Source: Coniocarpon cinnabarinum (lineage: Eukaryota). From it: a stretch of DNA of 48,127 bases. Positions 34,433 through 44,720 of the stretch are shown one piece after another. The notes under the pieces were generated by a model. It did not search any database, was not told the DNA's origin, and worked only from the letters and a program-made list of their open reading frames with translations. The translations under genes and the position numbers were made by a program. How positions within the stretch are numbered: the first letter of the stretch is position 1; each line of letters begins with the position of its first letter. The stretch lies in contig JAVECO010000172.1 in the NCBI GenBank assembly GCA_051942205.1, forward strand, positions 1 through 48,127, read 5' to 3'.

Positions 34433-34523
34433 GCCTCAGAGGACGCCCAGCTTGTCCCAATCCGCGGCACTGCACGAGCAGCGTCGACACGAACCAGGCT
34501 GTGCACCATTTTCATCGTTGGCC
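34433..34523 (-). ncRNA. Box C/D snoRNA-like unit X1 (box C variant ACGATGA)
   Basis: GGCC-A-ACGATGA ... TGGTGCACAGCCTGGT..GTCGAC ... TCCT-CTGA-GGC. Confidence 0.62.
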
Positions 34524-34835
34524 AAGAGGAAGGAGGGAGACAGGGGTGTGCACGGGACTTTCCATGGATCAGCTGAGAAGGTTAGCAACGTGAGCAATGA
34601 TCTGGTGATGACCGTCAGCGGTGCTTTGTTGAGCCCATATTTTGGAATTACAGGATGCTGACTTACAGTGTTGCTAAGAGCGAAACATGCCTTGTGGTCA
34701 ATAACTAAATGATCACCCAAGTCAGCATCAAGATCATCAACAGCAACACAAACCGAGTGTCGCCGGGTCCTCGACGTCGAGAGGAAACGAATCTGGCCCT
34801 TACCACAGAACAGACGGGACAAACAAACCCAAACT

Positions 34836-34961
34836 TCATGCTTGCTGGCCTAGCAGGATTTTACGCCTGCAGCACTTGCAGTAGAAGATGGTGCCGGCGA
34901 GGAGGGCAGCAAAGAGAAAGACGCCACCTACGACGAGGAGGTTGGCGGTGGCTTGATTCAT
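34836..34961 (-). CDS. 41-aa single-pass membrane microprotein (sORF) at the 5' end of the putative snoRNA host transcript
   Basis: MNQATANLLVVGGVFLFAALLAGTIFYCKCCRRKILLGQQA*. It is preceded by a CT-rich leader and followed by two consensus introns (34705-34803 and 34573-34666). Confidence 0.5.
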   Translation of the reverse strand: MNQATANLLVVGGVFLFAALLAGTIFYCKCCRRKILLGQQA

Positions 34962-35034
34962 TGAAGAAGGTGCAGAGATCAATATGAAAGAGTCTGATGA
35001 TGGTGTCAGGGAGGTGCTGCTCGTAAGTAGCGTG

Positions 35035-35095
35035 ATGAGGAAGAGGGAAAGAAGAGAGAGGTTTTCTTGGAAGAGGAAGAGAGAAGGAAGTTGGC
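35035..35095 (-). promoter_or_regulatory. Pyrimidine (CT)-rich tract, putative core promoter/TSS region of the host transcript
   Basis: Long purine run on the + strand, about 75-135 nt upstream of the sORF ATG. CT-rich tracts commonly precede filamentous-fungal TSSs. Confidence 0.4.
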
Positions 35096-36327
35096 AGAGG
35101 CGTGCACGGACACTGGAAGCTTCTAGGCAGCGACGACCAGGTGATCGATTGCGTCAGGGCCTGGGAGGAGAGCGGAGATTGTGGCGGGAGCGGAGCTCAG
35201 GTGCTGAGGCGGTAAGGTGGTAGGTTCTCCTATGTTCGGTTGCCTCATCCAGTCTTTCTTTTCACTGTTTCTTAGGAAGGGCACGGAGAAGCGCGAGAGC
35301 GCGTCATGCAAATAGGCGGCTTGGTTTGCAATTGATTTCCGCTGCTCAATTGCAATTGCTGCATGCTCATGTGCAGAAGAATTGCGTACTGTAACTCCCT
35401 TACGCGTAGGAATCCTGAAATTGTGGGGAAAACGAATCATAGCCGGTATTTTCACGTTTATTCTGTGCAGAAATTCCATTGCAAGAGTCACGAGCATGAA
35501 CTGCGCTCACTTTTCATGCAAATGTAGATACGGATTGTGCTCAAAATTCAATCATTGGCTATCATCTAAATCTACGCGTTCAGTATGTGATTAATGGCCA
35601 CGAGTTGCATCACAGACAGTGCGACTGGAGTCAATTGCTATAGATTGCTCATATGACAAATCACGCGTATCTATGTCGCGAGCATCTCGCAAACTCGAAC
35701 GAACCCCAAGGATCAACAAATCTAGGTGCCCTGATGGTGGATTTCCTTCCTGCATCCCACGGCTCCCATTTTTCCGGCGTGCGCTGGATGATTCAAAGCC
35801 TCCCTTGTGTTTTGCATTGCGAGCTGGGTGCTACGCATTTGTGCTCAAGTTGAAAGCCGTCCAACTGAACACCGTGAAGTCAGGCATAGACTCTAGACGA
35901 GGACGGAAACAGACAAGATACTGCATTAGTGCCCAGAGCGGACCCGGTAAACTAGGGGCGGCACGCGGCGGATTGGCCGGTGGGCGGGTTGTCGCGTGGG
36001 CCGGCGTTAGGGTTGCGACGATCTAGCCTGACTTGTCTGTTGACTTGCTTCACGCGCGCTCCAATCACGTCTGAAAATCCCGGTCCGCTCCATATTCCGT
36101 CGCACTATTTCACATCGATTGGTTCGTCGCCTTCACGTTACGAGACATATACCTCTTCAGCTGAGTTTGCCCGGTCACAGTCACATAAGCTTCGCTGCCT
36201 CCGCCTCGTCTGAGTCAGAATCGTGGTAAACAGACCGTATCCGGGCCGAAATGGATAAATTACTGACGCTTGAATAGTGCTGAACTTGTGTAAAGCTTGT
36301 TGCACTCCGTTGCCTCTCAAAAGCCTC

Positions 36328-37807
36328 ATGGAGAACGAAAGAGTGTTCCCTGGTAAGCTTCTCAATTGTGGTGGCGTTGCTAGACAGAGACTAATTACCA
36401 GGAACAGCTTTGCAGTCCGTTGGCTCTCCTGATGGATCCTTGATTTTATCCCACACAGATTCTACATTTGCAATTCATTCTGTGATGCCATTCAAAAAGC
36501 GCTTCGAATGTGCACTCGGATTTGCGGTTTCTGGAAAATCCCTGACGCTTCGCTGGGCACCCGTAGGCCAAGCCAATGAGGCCCCTGAACGCTTCGCAAT
36601 TGCCGACGACATGACTGTCAAAGTATACGACTTATCCGCACCGGAAAACTCGAGCGCGACCTTCAATTTCGAACGTGAGGGCCGTGGATTTGTCTCTAAC
36701 GTGGTTTTCGGTAGCGACAAGGACGAACTACTCATCTTCTCGCTTCCTACCAGCTCTCTGACCGTCTTTAATCTTGATACAGAGCGCATGATCAAGATTG
36801 AAAACCCCAAATTTGCTTCCAAAGGCTTTGATCGTTGTAAATACTTCGCGTTGCTTTCTCGCAAAGGTACGCAAGACGTAGTCACCATCCACGCCATAAC
36901 GTCTTACGAAGTTCTTGATACCATTACGCCGCCCAGTGTGGATGCGCAGGGCATCAAATACTCGCCGGATGGACATTGGCTAGCTGTGTGGGAAACGGCT
37001 AGCCTTGGATACAGCGTTTTCATCTACACTGCGGATGGCCAGCTGCGTTACAGATACCGTGGTGATTACGAGGAACAAGAGCTACAGGGATTAGGGATAA
37101 AAGTCGTTCAATGGTCTCCCCACGGCGACTTTTTGGCTCTCGCGGGCTGCAACAACATCGTGAGATTGCTCAATACCAGGACATGGGCACAAGCCAAGCG
37201 GCTCGTGCACCCGGCCACCGTACACGCCAGCCAAACAACCTCGTTGTTTGTGGAGCGAAGCGCCTGGGAAGTACGGCCCGGAGACGAATTGTTTGGCACG
37301 TATGATGAACGCCGATGCTCGCAAGAGCTGCCCCAAGCCGACAAGCCGGAAAAGGGCGTATCTGCCCTGAAATTCAACACCTGCGGTGATCTGTTGGCAA
37401 CAAAGCACGACAACTACCCCACGACCATCTGGATATGGGATGTATCCAGCAAGCATCTCCACGCTGTCATCGTACAGCAGACGGACGTCAGAAATTTCCT
37501 CTGGCATCCGGGGGAAGAGGACTGGATGCTGATGCAAGGCAGTGGGCCGGCAGCAGTGCTGCACCGTTGGGAAGCGAGGCTTTGTAGTGGTGCGGAGTGG
37601 GGTTGCGCCCCTCCTAGGAAGATTGGCTCGGTCGGCGGCAACGCTGGCTCAAGCAGGGTCGAGATCAGCTGGCTGGGAAATTCCGTCAATGCGACGGCAG
37701 TTTTGTGTCAATTTGACACTTCTTGTAAGGTGCACCGGTTGATGGCCAGCAACAGCATCAAGAAGATGCCGGACCGGTTTGAAAACCAGCTCATTAGTAA
37801 TTCCTGA
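36328..37807 (+). CDS. WDR8: WD40 protein WDR8/WRAP73 (spindle pole body associated); intron 36353-36401
   Basis: Spliced MENERVFP/GTALQS; YSPDGHWLAVWE, LGIKVVQWSPHGDFLALAG and LLATKHDNYPTTIWIWD match WRAP73-family WD repeats. Confidence 0.8.
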
Positions 37808-38765
37808 TCATTAGCAAGGCTGTGGCAGTGTCGTGCTTCCTCTTCTTTCTGCCCTGCATTTCCCCATCTTCCTGAGAACATCTATCAATGTCCAATCGCG
37901 TTGCGTTACTTTGAAAGCGTAGTTGCGTGGTCGTACTGTGGTCCTTTCTTGCTATATGTATGTGCTCTTCCATAGGTTTCCACCTAAATCGTAAGATTGT
38001 GTCGTTGGTTCTGTCTATCTGAATCGGAAGAATACAAGAGACAGGTAGAACAGAGACATTCATGGTGTGACCCGTTACAGACTGAGTGGTATCTTCGTGC
38101 TCCGAAGATGTTTAGAAGTGTTGTTAGATCACAAACAGGCCTTGAGAACAAACAGAGAGACCAGATACAGCTACATTTTGGTGTGACTAGCTTCCAATGA
38201 GCCGTTCGCTCCAGCAAAATCTCAGGATTCTAAACACGACAAGAATCGCTAGTCCAATCTGATAGCGTGGCGAAAGCGTCGCTCACAAGAAATATGGGTG
38301 GGAACGCACTCGAGAAGCTCAATGACCCAAAATTATATCGGACACTCTCACCAGTAGGCTCAACGTAGCTACGACGCCCAATTTGTGCGTCTTTCCCGGC
38401 TTTCTTTGCGTAAGCTTACATTCTGAACACTATACAAGCGAATGGAACGTTGCTTCAAGTTGATGCACGTCACGTGATATCGATTCCGAAATCGCTCCAG
38501 TACATCTAGCATAGCATGAACACGGTCTTCTAAACCTCCCTCGAAGTTCTCGCTGTCGTAAGGAAATCTCAGGTGAATCAATGTGCTCCGAAGCACAGCA
38601 AGTATTCGTTGCAAGACCGACCAATCAGCGTGCCGCAATGGGTGTTGCTGCGGTAGCAACGCGTCCACGAAAGGCTACGCCACGCTAAACGCGCAGCCCA
38701 CCAGCCCTCCATACTCACTCGCAAAGCCAGACGAATTGGCAACTCGTGCAAAGTTGTTGTTCGCC

Positions 38766-40781
38766 ATGGAGAACATATCTCCCAGCAAGCTGCAGTATTC
38801 ACCGGGAATGCCACTCTTCCCCGTCTCCCCAGAGCGCATCAACGCGTCCAAACAACCCCTCCCGCAGTCGCCTTCGCTGCCCAATTTCACCGCGTACGGC
38901 TCACACTCTCCAGACGCAAGTCCGACGCACCGGCATAAGAACTCTGATGTCCAGGGCATGGTCGCTCGGTTTAACGCACTCGAGATTAAGGACCACCAGG
39001 ATCTGCGCCGACGCGATGAGGCGGCTCTCAAGCGGGCTCAGATGGGCCGGGAGCAGGCTGAGGAGGAGTGCAGGCGCATGCAAGAGGAGATGAGGGCTCT
39101 GCAGAATGATTTGGGGGAGAGTCGGATGAGAGAGCGGAGAGCCACGAAGAGGGTGGACAGTGTCATGGTGCGTGCTGGTAGCTGTGTTTTTTTTTTGACG
39201 AGGACGACGTTACTGACGCGAGTAACGCAGGATCAACTACACAGCGAGAAAGACAAGTCTGCGAGCATTCAAAAGACTTATGAGCGCGAGATCAGACGCG
39301 CGCGCAAGGAGGCTTTCAAGAGCAGCTCGGCCTTGCTCGAGACGCAGAAGGAGCTGAAAGTCACCAGAGCTGCACTCAACGCAGCCAAGGTCAACCTCGA
39401 GAAATGGGTCATCCCGGACGGCGAGGAGCTCAAGGCGCGTGCCGAAGATGTCGAGATGGAGCTGGGCAAGACGCTGAGGCTCGTCGAGCACATGAAGATG
39501 GAATGCCAGTTTGGTGTTTGCGCTTGTCGGCTTGCGGAGTTGAGGGGTGAGGTCTATGTCGCGGACGCTGATGAGCAGGTTTTCGAAATCATGAGAAACC
39601 TCAAGCCGGTCGTTCATGAGGTCGTGATGGATGAGGAGCCGCCAGCTTACGAAGAGCCTGCACCGCAGACCTCTCCCATGGACGATACTCCTACGCCAGT
39701 TGCTCAGGGCCCAGTCGACGAAAAGCATGAGCGCCGTAGTGCGAGTCCTCGACGAAGCTCGACCGTACAGCCACCGGGCGAAATGATGGTATTCTCGCCT
39801 AATTCAGGAACCTTTCGACGTGCACCGCAGAGCGATCTGCAAATCGCAACTCCTCGCGCCGAGCAGCATCAGCGTGGCAGCTCTCACCAGTTCGCTGTGA
39901 ACGGTCTGACCATCAGCAACCCATCGTCGAATGAAGATATGAACATGGTGGAGGAGCCAAAGACACCTGATACCCCGGCAACGTCTGTGCAGGGCTTCTC
40001 TCCAAGACGTGACTTCATTGCTGCATCAGAAGACGAGCAAGACGACGCTGAAACCGATGACCATTTCGAGGACGAAAAGAGCACCCCGAAGTTCCAAGAT
40101 GAGAGGCAATATGTTGACGAAGAAGACCCTCACATCCTCGAGGACATCGAAGAAACCATCGAGGAAGACGAGGAACCACTCGAGTCACCAACCGCCCACA
40201 TCCGCGCCACAACACAAATCACAACAATACCCCTCGCACCCTTGTCGAGTCCCTCAAAGCCCAGTGAGCAAGACGATGATCATGACCAGACTCAAATCCA
40301 CCGAGAACCTCTGGCACAGCCAGACTTCGAAGCACATGACTTCGAACCTCATCACTATTCCCGTGCCACGACTCCCGTGCCCGAGCCAAACGAAGATGCA
40401 AATGAGGAGAGCCGCGAAAGCCACCGGCAACGCGCCGCGACGCCCAAAATCGACACAAACCTTTCTAGCAACTCATTCGTGACGCCAGCACCTAAATCCG
40501 CACCCCACGATAACATCCTCTCGGCGACACCCTGGGCCAACACCTCCACGCCACTCACGCGCGACGAAGCCATCGCTATGTTGCGAGCTCGTCGCGGACG
40601 CGCCAGATCTCAAACCGACGAGAAACGTGCACCTGCCACTGCGGGGAATACGCCACAGCGGAGCGCCAGTCAGGGACAGGCTCTCGCTAAGAAGGGAACG
40701 ATGACGCCCGGACGAAGGGACATTAGTACGGTGAGTGCGCCTGATTTGGGCGGTAGGACACCCGGCGGGAGGAAGCGGTGA
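38766..40781 (+). CDS. Coiled-coil protein with acidic, SP/TP-rich disordered C-terminus; in-frame 63-nt intron 39168-39230
   Basis: ATG 38766 (GCCATGG); GTGCGT..ACTGAC..CAG intron; coiled coil EAALKRAQMGREQAEEE and YEREIRRARKEAFKSSS; MKMECQFGVCAC. Confidence 0.85.
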   Translation: MENISPSKLQYSPGMPLFPVSPERINASKQPLPQSPSLPNFTAYGSHSPDASPTHRHKNSDVQGMVARFNALEIKDHQDLRRRDEAALKRAQMGREQAEEECRRMQEEMRALQNDLGESRMRERRATKRVDSVMVRAGSCVFFLTRTTLLTRVTQDQLHSEKDKSASIQKTYEREIRRARKEAFKSSSALLETQKELKVTRAALNAAKVNLEKWVIPDGEELKARAEDVEMELGKTLRLVEHMKMECQFGVCACRLAELRGEVYVADADEQVFEIMRNLKPVVHEVVMDEEPPAYEEPAPQTSPMDDTPTPVAQGPVDEKHERRSASPRRSSTVQPPGEMMVFSPNSGTFRRAPQSDLQIATPRAEQHQRGSSHQFAVNGLTISNPSSNEDMNMVEEPKTPDTPATSVQGFSPRRDFIAASEDEQDDAETDDHFEDEKSTPKFQDERQYVDEEDPHILEDIEETIEEDEEPLESPTAHIRATTQITTIPLAPLSSPSKPSEQDDDHDQTQIHREPLAQPDFEAHDFEPHHYSRATTPVPEPNEDANEESRESHRQRAATPKIDTNLSSNSFVTPAPKSAPHDNILSATPWANTSTPLTRDEAIAMLRARRGRARSQTDEKRAPATAGNTPQRSASQGQALAKKGTMTPGRRDISTVSAPDLGGRTPGGRKR

Positions 40782-40929
40782 CCTGGTCTGTGAGCAGTCA
40801 GATTGGGTGTGGTCAGGGCTTGGGTAAATGGAGTGTGTGCTAAGATTGAGTAGGGGGTTGGGTTGCGTTCGAAGCAACTTGCGAAAAAGCCGAAAGATGC
40901 GACGTTGAGGTCGTGGAGCAACAGCGGTG

Positions 40930-41070
40930 TCAAGAGCTTTGAGAGCGTCGAGAAGTCGAAGACGTTTGATTGTGTTCGGAGTGTCGAGAGCGTCATGAGT
41001 GTCAAGAATGTTGAGAGTATCGAGAATATCGACATTATCGAGGGTCTTGAGAGTGTTGAGAATACTGGGA
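40930..41070. repeat. Degenerate 9-bp tandem repeat (GAGAGTRTY-like), about 15 copies
   Basis: gagagcgtc atgagtgtc aagaatgtt gagagtatc gagaatatc gacattatc gagggtctt gagagtgtt gagaatact. Confidence 0.7.
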
Positions 41071-42559
41071 GAAGCACATCGCCTGAGGAATCGTTGCCAA
41101 TCATGTGAGAGCAGACGCCTGCGATTCAACTTGTCACGACTAGCATAGCAACGTTGCAACTCTTCTGTATATATTTCTAAAGACATGTTCAAGCATCGAG
41201 CCCGTCAGGTCAATGGCCTCGATGTCAATGCAGAAAAACCCATTCATGACCACATTCGTACTGTCTCCCGTTTTACTCGAGTTATGAATGTTTCGTGCTA
41301 TTCAGAGCTCGCTGAGCACGTGAGTGACATGTCCCGTCTATCTGCAAGGTCGGTTTCTACATTTCACGATTACCCGCGCGTGGATGAATCGCTGTATGAA
41401 TCGCTGTATCAACAGAGACACGACAAGGACTAAACGACACAGAGACGGGCGTACGCTGCTCTGATGCTTCCGCAGAGATCACTGCAATACTGGAGTCGCA
41501 ATACTAGAGCTTGGATTCGTACGAATCGAGTCTAAACTGGTATGGCTCTTTGTACCATATACATCTCCGGAGACTCCTCAAGTCCTCGTCTTATTTACTG
41601 TTTCCATCTTGACTTTTAGTCGTTCCTGGGCGTGAGTTCAGGCGAGCAGATGCTTCTCTTGATTCTCCTGACTGCATCGCTCATATGTCCTAAATACGCA
41701 AACACCGACGGAGCACCGACGGAGCACCGACTGGAGTCAGGACAGGAGTCAGGACAGGACTAGCTTGTACACCGACGATGTCAAACCAGAGCCATTGAAC
41801 CCTGCTCTCGAGTCGAATAGCATACAGGCTTTTCGCACGACGCGTATCTATCATTGCTCGTTAGCCTTCTAAGCCCGTTACTCTTCTCAAACTCCACGCT
41901 ATTTCTCTCCTGAGCTTTGTGCTTCAAGCCAGTCTTCCCAAAAGGTTCATGCATGCTCCGCTTTCACTCTGATTGACGCATGTTCATCTTGGGTGGGTGA
42001 CAGGGCACGGGTTTGCGGAATGCAGCACATCTCTGGCACTGGCACTGACAGACAGTCCCCAGATACTAACAATCATGTCTGCGACAAAGATCATCACGTG
42101 ATGGGTCAAGACAGACGCGAGAGTACAGCAACGACAAGGGGAAAGAAAAGTGCTAATATGCGGGCAAGAAAGCGTGAGACTCGGTCTGAGAGGCGGACTG
42201 GGCAGGCGCATGAGAGGAGCAGGAGTGGAGGCATGCGCTAGGTTGTCGTTGAGAAGAGTTCCATGGCTTCAAGCGCGTGTAGTAGAGTGAGAGAGGAACA
42301 GAGTTGAGAATGAGCCATCCGCAGGTATGTCCTCCTGCCGGAGAGAACGAGAATGTTAGAGTCAAAAGGCCTGTTGGGACGCGCGAAATCCTGTACATGT
42401 TAGTAACTGCGATACCTGCCGGATAGGTGATAAAGGCAGGATAGACAACCGCGTTTGGAGATTGGGGAAGGACCCATTAGGAAGAAACCGCGCGAAGGGT
42501 TCTCAACAGGTCTTCTGACACAGTCGCGTACTAGTCTCGTGTGAGTTCGAAGCTCTTGC

Positions 42560-43632
42560 CCGTCGCAGAAGTGTGAGACCATTCCCCTATCTTTTGGGTT
42601 GATTCGAGGTCTCGTCAGAAGTTTGCAGTTCTACTCGCATCGATTCTTTTTAGGTCACGATCACAAACATTACATTGCTATTATTAGCCAATTGCATCTG
42701 GAAGGTATGCCGGTATGAACACAGTGTGAGGAGTTGGTAGTGCCGTTAGGGTCAGTGAGGTCTCAACAATGGCGGGCGTTCATAAATAGATAACGATCGA
42801 TGAATAACACGTGGGTGAGCTATACACCTTCAATGGGCGATAAGGACGGCTCAAAAGTAGTGTGTGCAGGCCATGCCGTCAGGGGCGAGAGACAAGCATC
42901 AGACTTTCCGCAAGAGAGCATTAGAGATTCTGAAGGATTCGATGACATAGAGATCGTTGGTAATGAGGTGTCATGTCACGTGAAGAGACACAATAGAGTC
43001 ATGGTTCACCTGCGTCGAGTCGAGATCTTTCGGCTCCAGAAATGATGCACCTCCCAGACAAGGATGATGACGAGCACATCAAACAAACCAGACTGCCACT
43101 CCCCGAGGCCGAGACAAGGAGCCCTTTACCGGATCAGGCACTTAGTACGTGATTGCGAAATCCATCCGCCAGATCTGAAACGAACGAAAGAGGCAGATTT
43201 CTCGTCGTGAAGTTTTCTCGAGGTCTTGAATGCCCACGTGGGGTGTCTGCCTGCCTGCATAAGTGTCTGCGCAGTTTTCACGATTTGCAACAGGCATTCG
43301 CCAGCGATACGCCTGTAGATTCCCTTGTGCGTCTGTGTGAAGATGTGACTGGCTCGTAACCACAAATGATATTTCCAAAAGTGTTCGAAGTCTCGAACTT
43401 TATCCTACTGTCAGTGCGACAATTTGAGGAGCGCTCTTGCTGCTGCTAGCCGTTCATGTGGAATGCTCGTAGACTTACCTGGTGCAGATGTATGCTCTTC
43501 CATCTGTCTTTGGAAATCGCCATGGTGCTTTCCATTAAAAGTCTTGACTGCGCGACGGCCATCTATACTTTTGACAGCTTGTTTCGCAATGTCTAGGTAC
43601 TTTGGAGCCCCCATCTGGCCAGCTTGTCTCAA
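42560..43632 (-). pseudogene. Possible highly degraded protein kinase remnant
   Basis: Collinear fragments in shifting frames: AVKTF...DFQRQME, AQGNLQAY and DRDLK; many stops. Confidence 0.2.
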
Positions 43633-43800
43633 CCAGTACTGCGGACTGGATCGCCAACCTATTATAAGGATTCGGCGCGCTCTGTAAACTTCTAATACGC
43701 CGCAATCATGCAGTGTTCTTCACTTGTCACCACAACCGGGTGTGGCCACTTCGAGCTGCTCCCACCTTGACGGGCATCACGTGTGCTTCACCTCCTCAGG

Positions 43801-44720
43801 ATGAGCGATACATTCCACGAAGTCGGGTCATGTAGGTCCTCACAGAGACCCGAATCTCTCGAAGAAGTCGCCAAGCTTACTGAATTATAGCTTCTCGCAG
43901 GGCCTTGAAATCAGGCTGGGAATCGTACGCAGATGGAAGACGTGTCCTCAATGTCACAATGGCGATCGTAGCTGCCATTGTCCTGATTCAAAGCGGCATC
44001 TTCCTGCAGTGGAGGTTGAGAAAGCTGTACGGGAAGGTTCAGGACTGGCTCACTCAGGACGAGCGCAATGACAGCGAATCGCGACGCCGCAGAATGTTCG
44101 AACGCGCAGTGGGCGCCATCCGGAAGTACGATCCACATCGCATTTGGGTGGGCTTTGAGCGCTGGTTATTGCGTCTATTCCAGAAAGACCGAATGGCTGA
44201 GCTCTTGAGCCAAGCAGAAGAGGGCGCGGCACGACGATCGGAAGTGTCGTTGCGCGACCACGGCTCCATCAGTGATATCTCTGCCGAAGAGTTGCAAACC
44301 TTACCATTTCCTCGAACTCAAGCCCCAGACAGTTTAGAGAGGACTTCCAATCTTGGACGAAAGGAGGGAAATGAGTCACACAGTGAGCGTTCGGCATTCT
44401 CCAGTCATTCGAGTCGGTTGATCGCCAGCAATGATTCCAATGGCAATATGTACTTCGATGAGGCGTTCAGCGAGAAGGAAAATGAAAAGAATCAAGCAAG
44501 GTATACAGAGGCTCTGGAGAACATGTCGAAGAAGAAATCGAAGCAAAAGCTGAGGGAGGCGGCACTTATCCTCGATGGTACCCTCGAAAGAGAGAGAGTG
44601 CCATCCTTATCTCGCCCGACGACAAAACCAACTGAACCCCAATTCTCCGAGATCAGAACATCTGGAAGCGTGTCGAGAGAAGATGCTGCATCCACCCATT
44701 CCGATGAGGACCATGCCTAG
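43801..44720 (+). CDS. Orphan single-TM protein, paralog A; intron 43832-43890
   Basis: MSDTFHEVGS followed by a phase-1 intron GTAGGT..TAG joins the 271-aa ORF. TM segment VTMAIVAAIVLIQSGIFL. Shares blocks with 46417-47510. Confidence 0.7.

Noticed and set aside
31362..34523. Each C/D unit sitting in its own intron
   Set aside because: No consistent donor, branch and acceptor set flanks each unit, so polycistronic processing is more plausible. This is not excluded without RNA data.
31311..34822. Short ORFs over the array (e.g. 34045-34593, 34322-34576, 33030-33302)
   Set aside because: Homologous repeat blocks fall in different frames and contain stops; conservation follows RNA boxes and stems, not codons.
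40473..41192. 239-aa minus-strand ORF as a gene
   Set aside because: It overlaps the coiled-coil gene antisense and is extended by the 9-bp repeat; no domain is recognisable.
41703..41760. Short direct repeats CACCGACGGAG x2-3 and GGAGTCAGGACA x2
   Set aside because: Simple slippage duplications with no further structure.
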